Of a stretch of DNA of 64,000 bases, positions 39,439-49,400 are shown one piece after another (position 1 is the stretch's first letter; every line of letters starts with the position of its first letter). Source of the stretch: an uncultured Gemmatimonadota bacterium (GTDB lineage: Bacteria; 4572-55). The position numbers and the translations under genes are program-made. The notes beneath the pieces were generated by a model. That model made no database searches. It was not told the DNA's origin and saw only the letters and a program-made list of their open reading frames with translations. The stretch is taken from assembly GCA_964404765.1 (NCBI GenBank), contig CAYOLL010000005.1:6199-70198 (forward strand), given 5' to 3'.

Positions 39439-40494
39439 TTAGACTGGATCCGCATGACCAGTTGCCTTTGGGTCAAAAATGCCACAGTCAACAATTGAAT
39501 CTACAATCCGTTCACAAGCTTTTCCATCCCCAAAAGGGTTGACCCCTTGCCATGCTGGATTGTCATTTGCCCAATGAAAATTTTGGATGACTTTATCTCC
39601 AATCAGTTTGGCAAAGCCGGATTCAACACCTTCAGGGCGCTCGGTCGTTTTGCGACAGACTAATATCTTTTTGCCAAAAGTGGCGCACTCCTCTTGAATT
39701 CCACCCGAATCACTAATGACAAACTTTACACATTGCAACAACTTTATCATCTGGAAATACCCAATCGGGTCGATAACATTGACATGTTCAAGCAAGGGAC
39801 GATGCTTTTGGACATTAGGGTTAGGATGCATCGGAAAAATAAATTCGATGGCGGGATTTTGCCGGGCTAAAGTGTCAATTTCAGAAAACATTTTTTCCAA
39901 GGGCCGGCCAAAGTTTTCACGCCGATGCAGGGTTATCAGCACTTTGTTGTCGTATGAAATTTGCCCTTTAAATGGCGTGCAGATGTCAACAATGGTGTTC
40001 CCGGTAATATGGATATTTTGACAATGCTCTCGTTCCAGGTTTTTGGCGGCCGTTTGGGTCGGCGCCCAATTGAAGGATGCAACACGCGAAATAATCTGGC
40101 GGTTGCCTTCTTCCGGGTATGGGTTGTTAAGATCATACGTTCTTAATCCGGCTTCGATGTGACCGACCGGGATGCTTTCATAAAAGCCGGTCAGCGCCGC
40201 CGTCATCGCCGTGGTCGTATCCCCTTGAACCACGATAAGGGCCGGCTTTTCCTGCAGCAGGATCGGTCGCAGCTTTGATGCAATTCGGACTAAAACATCA
40301 TTCAAGCCCTGGTTTTGTGTCATCACATCAAGATAAAAGTCCGGCTGAGGCACCAGTTCCTTAACATCCTCATACAGCTCTTTATGCTGCCCGGAAAACG
40401 CCGTTTTAAAAGGGATGCCGCGCCATTGCAACACTTTTATAAACGGGCTTATTTTGATAATTTCCGGGCGAGTGCCATAGCAAATGAGGATCAT
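39439..40494 (-). CDS. wecB: UDP-N-acetylglucosamine 2-epimerase (non-hydrolysing)
   Basis: It begins MILICYGTRPEIIKISP and shows the full epimerase fold pattern (HIEAGLRT, TGNT). Confidence 0.8.
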   Translation of the reverse strand: MILICYGTRPEIIKISPFIKVLQWRGIPFKTAFSGQHKELYEDVKELVPQPDFYLDVMTQNQGLNDVLVRIASKLRPILLQEKPALIVVQGDTTTAMTAALTGFYESIPVGHIEAGLRTYDLNNPYPEEGNRQIISRVASFNWAPTQTAAKNLEREHCQNIHITGNTIVDICTPFKGQISYDNKVLITLHRRENFGRPLEKMFSEIDTLARQNPAIEFIFPMHPNPNVQKHRPLLEHVNVIDPIGYFQMIKLLQCVKFVISDSGGIQEECATFGKKILVCRKTTERPEGVESGFAKLIGDKVIQNFHWANDNPAWQGVNPFGDGKACERIVDSIVDCGIFDPKATGHADPV

Positions 40495-40519
40495 AACGAT
40501 TAGGGTCTATCCGTGCAGT

Positions 40520-41548
40520 TTAAAATTGACTTAAAAAGCGCACATCGTTCTCCAAAAACAGACGAATATCGTCAATACTATGGCGCAGCATGGCAATTCG
40601 TTCCACACCCATACCAAAAGCATAACCGGTGTAGATTTCCGGGTCATAATTGACATATTTGTAGACGGCGGGATCCACCATACCGCAGCCGAGAATTTCC
40701 ACCCAGCCGGTGTGCTTGCAGACCGCGCAGCCTTTGCCGCGGCAAATCACACAGGAGATATCGACCTCCGCACTGGGCTCGGTAAACGGGAAGAAGCTGG
40801 GCCGGAAGCGCACCTTCATATCCGGGCCAAACATTTCGCGCGCAAAAAAAGCCAGAACGCCTTTTAGATCGCCAAAAGTCACGCCTTTATCAACATAAAG
40901 TCCTTCAATTTGATAAAAAACCGCCTGATGCGAGGCGTCGATGGCCTCGTTGCGATAGACCCGGCCCGGTACGACAATCCGCACCGGCGGCTGTTGCTTT
41001 TCCATAACCCGAATTTGCACCGGCGATGTATGCGTACGCAACACCGTATTGTCGGTCACATAAAAGGTATCCCACATGTCCCGCGCCGGATGGTCCTTCG
41101 GAATGTTTAACGCTTCAAAATTATAATAATCGGTCTCAACTTCCGGCCCGTCAACCACGGAAAACCCAAGTGATTTAAAAATCGCTACAATATCGTCAAT
41201 GGTCTGACGCAAAATATGTGGCCGACCCGGAAATTGACGAATACCCGGCAGCGTCACATCGATCCATTCCGCGGCCACCCGCTGCGCCGCCGCGGCTTGT
41301 TGGATGGCTGCTGCGCGGGCTTCAAACGGCGCGGTCAGCCGCGTCCGCAGATCGTTAATCAACTGTCCCAGCTTCGGCCGGTCAGCCGGTTGCGCGTCTT
41401 TAAGCAACTTCATCATCTCTTGCAGCTCGCTTTTACGACCAAAGTATTTAATTCGTAAATCCTCCGCCCGGGTCATATCGGCACAGGTTGCGAACTCCGC
41501 CAGCGCTTCTTTTTCCAGCGCTTCGATTTTTTGTATCCATTCGGTCAT
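40520..41548 (-). CDS. pheS: Phenylalanine--tRNA ligase alpha subunit
   Basis: Class II aaRS motifs are present (FPFTEPSAEVD and the C-terminal GFAFGMGVERIAM). The start was set at MTEWIQ. Confidence 0.85.
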   Translation of the reverse strand: MTEWIQKIEALEKEALAEFATCADMTRAEDLRIKYFGRKSELQEMMKLLKDAQPADRPKLGQLINDLRTRLTAPFEARAAAIQQAAAAQRVAAEWIDVTLPGIRQFPGRPHILRQTIDDIVAIFKSLGFSVVDGPEVETDYYNFEALNIPKDHPARDMWDTFYVTDNTVLRTHTSPVQIRVMEKQQPPVRIVVPGRVYRNEAIDASHQAVFYQIEGLYVDKGVTFGDLKGVLAFFAREMFGPDMKVRFRPSFFPFTEPSAEVDISCVICRGKGCAVCKHTGWVEILGCGMVDPAVYKYVNYDPEIYTGYAFGMGVERIAMLRHSIDDIRLFLENDVRFLSQF

Positions 41549-41736
41549 GGTCGCTTCTCCCGCATAAAGAAAATGCCTGATTTTAGTTAACCCAAAATCA
41601 GGCATTGAAAATGCTTATCAATTTGACATGTGTTAATCTGCTATGAAACCTACCGTTGATGAAACGTCCCCGGCACTTTGGTTGATTGACGGTTTCATCA
41701 ATGGTGAATGTCCCGGAAGTGCCGGGGACATAGAGA

Positions 41737-42093
41737 CTATTTCGCGGCTGCTTTGGCCTGATCAACCAACTTTCCAAAAGTCTCAATATCTTTAACGGCA
41801 ATATCGGCCAAAACTTTACGATCCAGACCGATATTCGCTTTCTTCAGGCCGTCAATAAACCGGCTGTAAGAGATTTGAAACATACGGCAGGCCGCATTGA
41901 CCCGCACAATCCATAAGCGGCGGAACTGGCGCTTGCGCTGACGGCGGTCACGATATTGCATTTTGTAGGCGCGCTCAACAGCCGCCCGCGCCTGACGATA
42001 CAGGCAATGACGACCTAACAAGAATCCTCTGGCGCGTTTTAGCCATTTTTTGCGCCGTGCTCGAGAAGCCGGCGAATTTGTTGCTCGTGACAT
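41737..42093 (-). CDS. rplT: 50S ribosomal protein L20
   Basis: The basic N-terminus ARRKKWLKRARGF is present and the size is typical for L20. Confidence 0.9.
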   Translation of the reverse strand: MSRATNSPASRARRKKWLKRARGFLLGRHCLYRQARAAVERAYKMQYRDRRQRKRQFRRLWIVRVNAACRMFQISYSRFIDGLKKANIGLDRKVLADIAVKDIETFGKLVDQAKAAAK

Positions 42094-42137
42094 TCCTCAT
42101 CACTCCTTATTCAAGAATTTATATGATCCTAATATAT

Positions 42138-42344
42138 TTAGACTTTACTTCCAATCAGCAATTGACGGGAAATACGGCTTATATCCGCCGTGCCAACGGT
42201 TGTGGCTGTCTTTAAAAACCGTTTACGCTTCGGGCTCTTTTTTGTCAGAATATGAGCACAACCTGCGCGTTGTCTTTTGATCCGGCCGCTGCCGGTCACT
42301 TTAAAGCGTTTTTTTGCACTACTACGAGTTTTCATTTTTGGCAT
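42138..42344 (-). CDS. rpmI: 50S ribosomal protein L35
   Basis: It begins [20 protein letters not shown]. Confidence 0.9.
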   Translation of the reverse strand: MPKMKTRSSAKKRFKVTGSGRIKRQRAGCAHILTKKSPKRKRFLKTATTVGTADISRISRQLLIGSKV

Positions 42345-42370
42345 ACGCTATTCTCTCCTCAATAATTAAA

Positions 42371-42976
42371 TTATTCGCTTCCTACTTCACTTTCAGCGCC
42401 GTCTTTCTTTTTGATTTCTTTTTTCTTACCGGGGACAAATGTACAAACTAACTGCTTCCCCTCTAATCGCGGCGGACTTTCGAGCTCAGCCACTTCTTTT
42501 AAATCACCTATCAGACGATTTAAAACAATTTTGCCTAACTCTTGATGCATAATTTCACGGCCACGATATACGATCTGCACCTTAACTTTATAATCGTGCT
42601 CAATAAAGTCAATGATATGCTTCTTCTTAAAATTATAGTCATGGTCGTCAATATGAGGCCGAAATTGCTCTTCCTTAACCTTAACTTGATGTTGCTTTTT
42701 CTTGGATTGTTTGGCTTTTTTCGTTTGCTCATATTTAAATTTGCCATAATCCATGATACGGCATACGGGTGGCCGCGCAGTTGGCGCAACCTCAACTAAA
42801 TCAAGTGCACGCGAGCGGGCCATTTCAAGCGCTTTAAAGGTCTCAATAAGGCCAACTTGACCACCGTTTTCATCAATAAGTCGAATTTGAGGGATACGAA
42901 TACGCTCATTAATTCGCACCTGATCTTTTTTGGGAAACTCTCTTTTTTGAATGTTCTCTCCTCCTGGCTTTGCCAT
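42371..42976 (-). CDS. infC: Translation initiation factor IF-3
   Basis: It carries INERIRIPQIRLIDENGGQVG and the IF-3 C-terminal domain. The true start may be a non-ATG codon. Confidence 0.85.
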   Translation of the reverse strand: MAKPGGENIQKREFPKKDQVRINERIRIPQIRLIDENGGQVGLIETFKALEMARSRALDLVEVAPTARPPVCRIMDYGKFKYEQTKKAKQSKKKQHQVKVKEEQFRPHIDDHDYNFKKKHIIDFIEHDYKVKVQIVYRGREIMHQELGKIVLNRLIGDLKEVAELESPPRLEGKQLVCTFVPGKKKEIKKKDGAESEVGSE

Positions 42977-42991
42977 CAGCGCCTCATGCCA

Positions 42992-44911
42992 TTACTTTTT
43001 CGAAACGACTTCTTCCTGTAGCCGAGTTATCAAAGGTGCTATGGGCTGAACGCCCAAATCGCCTTGACCATGCTTGCGGACTGCAACGGTATTCGTTTCC
43101 ACTTCCCGATCACCAACAACTAGCATGTACGGAATTTTTTTCAATTCTGACTCGCGAATTTTGTAATTGACTTTTTCATTGCGATCATCTATTTCAACAC
43201 GCAAACCGCTTTCGTTCAATTTTTTGCGAAGCTGTTTTGCATAATCCAATTGTCGATCCGTAATCGGCAAAATGGCAACCTGTACCGGACAAAGCCAAAG
43301 AGGAAACGCGCCGGCATAATGCTCAATCAGAACACCAAAAAAACGCTCTAATGAACCCAAAAGCGCCCGATGAATCATAATAGGCTGGTGATCAGCGCCG
43401 TCGGAGCCGACGTAACTAAGATCAAACCGTTCCGGCAGATTAAAATCAACTTGGATTGTGCTGCACTGCCAAGCCCGTCCTAAAACATCTTTTATTTTAA
43501 TATCAATTTTGGGGCCATAAAAAACACCCTCGCCTGTGTCAACTTTCCACTTTAAGCCGGAACCCTCAAGGCCCTTGCGCAAAGCATCTGTAGCAAGCTC
43601 CCAATTCTTTTCAGAGCCGACATATTTTTCCGGCCGTGTTGAAAGATAGACATCATAATTCTCAAACCCAAAGGAGCGGAGCATGAATAGCGTAAAATGC
43701 AAAACGCTTTGAATTTCCTCGTCCAATTGGTCTGCTCGGCAAAATAAGTGGGCGTCGTCTTGCGTAAAACCCCGCACCCGCATTAAACCATGTAAAACAC
43801 CTGACCGCTCGAAACGATAAACTGTGCCTAATTCCGCCCATCGAAAAGGTAAGTCACGATAGCTACGCCGCTCATTTTTGTAAATCATGATGTGAAATGG
43901 ACAGTTCATCGGCTTAAGCTGATAGTCGACATTCTCCACGTCCATCTTCGAATACATACTCTCGGTGTAATAATCCAGATGTCCGCTCGTTTTCCATAAA
44001 TCACGACGGGCTATATGCGGTGTATAAAGCAATTCGTAGCCGTTTTTAAGATGCTCTTCTTTCCAAAACGTCTCCATGGTATGACGAATTAGCGCACCCT
44101 TGGGATGCCATAAAACGAGACCACCACCCAAGTCGTTGCTGATACTAAACAGCCCTAATTCTTTGCCTAACTTACGATGATCGCGTTTTTTGGCCTCTTC
44201 AAGCCGATTCAAGTGCTCATCGAGCATGGCTTTTTTGGGGTAGGAAGTGCCGTAAATACGTTGCAACTGCTTATTTTTTTCGTCGCCACGCCAATAGGCG
44301 CCCGCAATGGAGATTAATTTGAAGGCTTTTAGATATTTGGTAGACGGAACGTGCGGCCCCCGGCATAGGTCAATAAACGCACCTTGCGAGTAAAATGTGA
44401 TGAGCTCGCCTTCCGGAATAGCTTTGAGTAGTTCGACTTTATAGTCTTCGCCAATATATTTGAAGAACTGAAGCGCCTCTTCGCGGGTCATAACTTTGCG
44501 CTGAATCGCAAAATCTTCTTTGGCTAACTCTTCCATCTTCTTTTCGATGGCAGTCAAGTCTTCTGGCGTAAAGGGTCGAAAATCAAAGTCGTAATAAAAA
44601 CCGTCGGAAATGGGTGGGCCAATCGTTACGCGCGCTTCCGGATAAAGAATCTTAACAGCCTGGGCCATCAAATGAGCGGTGCTATGCCAATAAACATATT
44701 TGCCCTCATCTGAATCAAAGGTAACAAATTCGACGGCGGCGTTATCTTCCAGGACACGATTTAAATCCCACAGCTTGCCATTAACTTTGGCAACCAAAGC
44801 ATCTTTGGCTAAACTACGACTAATTCCTTCAGCAACTTCCGTCAGTCTTACACCGGACGCAAATTCTTTGACTGCACCGTTAGGTAGGGTAACCTTTACA
44901 ACGTTATTCAT
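42992..44911 (-). CDS. thrS: Threonine--tRNA ligase
   Basis: It has a TGS domain, a class II core and an anticodon-binding domain. The start was set at MNNVVKVTLPNG. Confidence 0.9.
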   Translation of the reverse strand: MNNVVKVTLPNGAVKEFASGVRLTEVAEGISRSLAKDALVAKVNGKLWDLNRVLEDNAAVEFVTFDSDEGKYVYWHSTAHLMAQAVKILYPEARVTIGPPISDGFYYDFDFRPFTPEDLTAIEKKMEELAKEDFAIQRKVMTREEALQFFKYIGEDYKVELLKAIPEGELITFYSQGAFIDLCRGPHVPSTKYLKAFKLISIAGAYWRGDEKNKQLQRIYGTSYPKKAMLDEHLNRLEEAKKRDHRKLGKELGLFSISNDLGGGLVLWHPKGALIRHTMETFWKEEHLKNGYELLYTPHIARRDLWKTSGHLDYYTESMYSKMDVENVDYQLKPMNCPFHIMIYKNERRSYRDLPFRWAELGTVYRFERSGVLHGLMRVRGFTQDDAHLFCRADQLDEEIQSVLHFTLFMLRSFGFENYDVYLSTRPEKYVGSEKNWELATDALRKGLEGSGLKWKVDTGEGVFYGPKIDIKIKDVLGRAWQCSTIQVDFNLPERFDLSYVGSDGADHQPIMIHRALLGSLERFFGVLIEHYAGAFPLWLCPVQVAILPITDRQLDYAKQLRKKLNESGLRVEIDDRNEKVNYKIRESELKKIPYMLVVGDREVETNTVAVRKHGQGDLGVQPIAPLITRLQEEVVSKK

Positions 44912-44941
44912 AAATCTCAAATTAATAATGAAGATAAAAAA

Positions 44942-45018
44942 TGGTGGGCGGTATTGGAGTTGAACCAACGACCCCTTGCATGTCAAGCAAGTACTCTAAC
45001 CAACTGAGCTAACCGCCC
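44942..45018 (-). tRNA. tRNA-Val (anticodon GAC)
   Basis: Folded by hand: acceptor GGGCGGT/ACCGCCC, D-arm AGCTCAGTTGG, anticodon stem CTTGC/GCAAG with loop TTGACAT, T-arm GGTTCAACTCC, 3' CCA encoded. It lies upstream of thrS. Confidence 0.8.
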
Positions 45019-45244
45019 CCATATCAAAGCATTTGATCTTGAAAAGTAGTCAGCCAATTTAAGTGATTTAGCCTTAAAGTCAAGAAAAATTTTAAACTTT
45101 TGCGGCAGAGACCGGCAATTAAAAATTAAAATTGACTTGTGCCCGTCTGTTTGACATTTTTATTGATAAATTTTGAAAATGTACGACGTATGCTCTTGTT
45201 CAAGCGACAAATTTGGCCATGCAGATCCCTATGAGAGGAAAGCA

Positions 45245-46135
45245 ATGAGAACAAAACATATTGTGGTTCTTGGCGGTGGTTCGGGCGTTAAGTCGTTAAT
45301 TGAGGGCTTAGGCCGGCGTGAGGAGGTTCAGTTGACTTGTGTCCATCCGATCTCTGATTCCGGCGGTTCGCAGGGAAGTCTATGCAAAGCTTATAATCTG
45401 ATTTCCGGGATGTCCGATACTCGTAATTATGTGCAAAGTATGCTTGGAGGAGTAGGCCCATGGTCAGATTTGTTGACCTTTCGTTTTGATAAGGGTTTGT
45501 CTCATATCGAAGGTGGCTTGGGTGGACATAATTTGGGAACGCTATTAGTCACCGCTTGTTATCTTTGTTGCCAATGCCCGGAACAGCGAGCAGAACTGTT
45601 TAAAAAATTATTTAATATCCGGCACGATATTTTCCCGGTTTCGGCTGAAAAGACGACGCTTTGGGGCGAGTTGACCGATGGCCTATTGGTGATGGGTGAG
45701 CATGATATTGATAAGTATGAAACCGGCAAAATGCCTGGGAAAATTCGGCGGGTTTGGCTTGAACCGCGACCGAAGCTTTTACCAATCGTGCAGACGCGCC
45801 TTGAATCCGCGGACATGGTTGTAGTCGGTCCGGGTGATATTTATACGTCGCTTTCGCCACTCCTTCTGACCGAGGATTTACCTGGCTTTTTAAAAAAATT
45901 TCGTAAGCCCATTGTTTTTACGTTACCCCTGGAATGGCGACAGGGGTTTGATGCTATCAGCATTAAGGCGTACTTTCAAGCATTTATTCCGATAACACAC
46001 TTCATGGATCCTTACCAATTAGAACTCGTGTCACACGAACTCTCAAAAAAAAATGTGACGGACACTCTGCCCCGATCTGTGTTAAAAACCGATCCTGATC
46101 GTCATGCTCAGGCGCTTATGGATATATGCGCATAA
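45245..46135 (+). CDS. CofD/YvcK (UPF0052) family protein (gluconeogenesis factor / 2-phospho-L-lactate transferase-like)
   Basis: Family motifs IVVLGGGSG and ISDSGGSQGSL are present. The start was chosen at the ATG preceded by gaggaaag. Confidence 0.65.
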   Translation: MRTKHIVVLGGGSGVKSLIEGLGRREEVQLTCVHPISDSGGSQGSLCKAYNLISGMSDTRNYVQSMLGGVGPWSDLLTFRFDKGLSHIEGGLGGHNLGTLLVTACYLCCQCPEQRAELFKKLFNIRHDIFPVSAEKTTLWGELTDGLLVMGEHDIDKYETGKMPGKIRRVWLEPRPKLLPIVQTRLESADMVVVGPGDIYTSLSPLLLTEDLPGFLKKFRKPIVFTLPLEWRQGFDAISIKAYFQAFIPITHFMDPYQLELVSHELSKKNVTDTLPRSVLKTDPDRHAQALMDICA

Positions 46136-46174
46136 CCAACTACAGCATTTAAGAAAATGTTTTTGGCGTTGTAG

Positions 46175-46289
46175 CACAGATTAGCAATCTGTGCGACCAT
46201 CAAACATGCACAGATTAACAATCTGTGCGACCATCAAACATGCACAGATTAGCAATCTGTGCGACCATCAAACATGCACAGATTAACAC
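46175..46289. repeat. Tandem array of 3.4 x 34-bp units, each with a 19-bp palindrome CACAGATTA(G/A)CAATCTGTG plus constant 15-bp CGACCATCAAACATG
   Basis: Direct reading shows the units differ only at one alternating G/A position. The array lies between convergent 3' ends. Confidence 0.8.
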
Positions 46290-46376
46290 TGTATAAAAAC
46301 CAGGCTGCCAATGAAGAGTGCCCCTGCTGTATGAAATACAACAGGGGCACTTTGTACTTTTGAGGAAATAATTACA

Positions 46377-46424
46377 CAAAAAGTGTTGGTAAAACCTTGC
46401 GTCGCAAGGTTAGCCAACGGCTAA
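46377..46424 (+). repeat. MITE-like repeat, short type C copy
   Basis: CAAAAAGTGTTGGTAAAACCTTGCG TCGCAAGGTTAGCCAACGG matches both ends of the 53741..53870 copy with the centre deleted. Confidence 0.55.
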
Positions 46425-46448
46425 AGCTTCCAATTTTCCAAAAATAAA

Positions 46449-49400
46449 TTACTTCAACAGGACCATCCGCTTGCCGGCGATTGTCTTGTTATCGGCTTCC
46501 AGTTGGTAGAGATAGACGCCGCCGGCGACAGCCCGGTTTTGCTCGTTCGTGCCGTTCCATTGCAGCTCGTATTGGCCGGCATCTTGCTTGTGATTGACCA
46601 GCGTCTTGACCAATTGCCCGGCCACATTGTAGATTTTCAGCTTAACGGTCGCCGAAGCGGGCAGGGCGTAGGCGATGGTGGTGCTGGGATTAAACGGGTT
46701 CGGCCGGTTCTGATACAGGGCAAACACCGCCGGTAATGTTTCGGTATCATCGCCGTCTTCAATGCCGACGCCGATCGGACAGCCATAATTCCAGACCGCG
46801 CTGGTAATCGTGCCAACACTGCTATTGACGGACACATCGTCCGTGGATTTACCGCGCCCTTCTTCCATCGGCCAGAAGCCGACCAGGCCGCTCTCGGTGC
46901 CGACCAATTGTTTGGTCATCAGTCCCTTAATCTCGTCTTGCGTCAGCGCGCGATTCCAGACGTTTACATTATCGATCGTGCCTTGAAAACAGCGCGCACC
47001 GATAGTCCGGTTGCCAATCACAAAAGCATCGGTGGCGCTGGAGGTAATCGTTGCGGCGATTAACTGATTCGCCTCGTCCGGGTCCACGTTGGTCAACGGA
47101 ATCTCATTGCCGTTGACAAAACACTGGACCGCGGGCGGATTGGACATAAAAGTAACCGCCACATGCTGCCATTCGTTCAGCTTAATCACGCCGGCCGGCG
47201 TATTGAAGCGCGGTGTGCCTGCGCCGGTTTGGGTCAGCGTAAAAATCATGGAATGATCGGCGTACGTTGGATGACCTTCGCCGTTTAAGAACCATAAAAT
47301 CTGCGTCTTATCGAAAATGCGACCAAAGCCGGTGGCGGAACCCAAACCCCAACCGGTTGGATAAATGCAAGCTTCAACCGTGATGGCATTACGCAGATTT
47401 AAAACCGGCGTCGCCACGCAGGAAAGACTGCCGGCGATACCATCGAAGGCCAGCGCGGTCGGTGTGGTACTACTCACTACGGTCAGATATTGCTCTTTGG
47501 TGACCGTGGCCTGCCCGGCTCTATTGCTAACAGTTAGCGTAACCTTATAAGTGCCCGGCGCAGAAAAGACCCACAGCGGGCTTTTTGTCGTAGCATCGGG
47601 TGTGCCGTTACTGTCAAAATCCCAACTCCAGGTGGTAATCGGGTCAGCCGCATCCGCCGCGCTTAAATCGCTAAAAGTAACATTCAACGGCGCTTTGCCA
47701 AACCGGGTATCTGCTCCAAAATCGGCAATTTTGGCGCCAGCCGGGGCTTGTCCAAAAAAGAACAGCATTTGCAAAAAGAGATTTCCGCGCGTATGCGGCG
47801 AAGTCCGGTCATTCAATAAGCCTAATGAATAGGCCGAGCAGAATGTTTTTTGGCCAAAGTCGCCGGTGTACTGAACTGCAACCGTGCCATAACCGCTTTC
47901 ATTAAAAGCCGCCTTGGCGGTAGCGCTTGGGATATAGCGGTCAACCGAGAATTGTCCAATTTGCTGCGAGGAAGTGAACGTCATGCCGGCAGCAAGGGTA
48001 CCGGTCTGCCCGGCTAAGCTGTTAATAAAGTTTGGGGCGGTGTTATCACCATCATCCCCACCGGCCAGCCCTATAAGCGGCATAATATCGCGATTGCGAC
48101 CCTCCTCAAGAGAATCCAGGTCATAAAGAGCCGCATCTCCACCTTCCAAATAGAGCTTACCGCCGCTCTTCAGATATTCCCGAACCGCGTCGGCTATTTC
48201 GCCGTCCAACCGAGTGTTGCCCGGATTGCCGAAGCTAAGAAAGGCGACATCATAGCCGACTAAAGAAGAAGGGACGCCGGCTGATCGTGATTTAACAGCT
48301 TTTAAATTATCGAACCTACTCACAACTCCTTTTATGAAGTCGCCGCTAAACTCAGCCGGAGACTGTGCTGCGTCCCAGATAAAAATACCCCCGTTGACCG
48401 AAATCAGATCAACCTCGGTATACGTATGGCGATCCGTGGCGTTTGAAGCCGTAAGCGTCACGGAATATAAACCGGGCGTCGTATACGTCCAGGTCGGATT
48501 TTTATCCCGTGAATCAATCGTCCCATTGCTGTCAAAATCCCATTCCCATGATGTAATCGGGTCCAAAACGGCATAGGAAGCATCGGTAAAATGCACGGTC
48601 AGCGAAGGCTTCCCGCCGGTGACATCCGCCGCCACATCGGCAATAATCGCTCCCGGAATATAACCGCGATTCTTAAAAACGTCGATCATCTGCCGCAAAT
48701 GCGCCCCGTTATATAAGTTCTTATCCGCCTGCATCACCGCTAACGCCGCATCCACCTGGCTGGCGCTGCCGTCGGTCATGGAAAGGCCTTCCCAAAAGAT
48801 ACGATCGCTCACAGTGCGCCCGACCAGGTCATAGATAGACATCATGGATGACGACCACATTTGTCCGTCGGTATGGATTTGACCCACTAAATCTTCCGGA
48901 TAATGGCCGGGATAGTTGGTTTGGCGCAGGGAAAAATCCCCCAGTGGTTGGATACCCCATTGACCGAACCAATCATAGCCCTCATCCGTAGGCGCATAGA
49001 TACCAAAACTGCGGGTATAGGATTGGGCCCAATAATCGCTGCTGCCTTCACTTAAGCCATCTACCTGAGATAGTTCACCGTTCGTGATGTAGTCGTGAAT
49101 AGCGTGGCCCATTTCGTGAATAACAATTGCATGGTCTTCGCCGGTATCAACTGCGCCGTCGGGGCTTCCGAAAGCAACTTGCCCGTCGTGCGTATAGTGA
49201 GCATTAGCGTCACCATCAACACCGTTCGGATCAAATTGGACACCACCTTCATATTGGAACGGCATCACTTCAAAGCCCAGCGTTTCGTTGAGATAACGCA
49301 TGGTCTTGTCAATATGATAATAGACATTGACCGCTTCAAAAGCATCGTTGCTGCGGGTATAGTGAAATTCCATGCCGGCCTGACCGTAAAGACCGGTGGT

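Noticed and set aside
46175-46289. Possible CRISPR array (palindromic repeats with regular spacing)
   Set aside because: The intervening 15-bp segments are identical in every unit, so there are no distinct spacers. No cas genes or leader are present. It is a simple tandem repeat.
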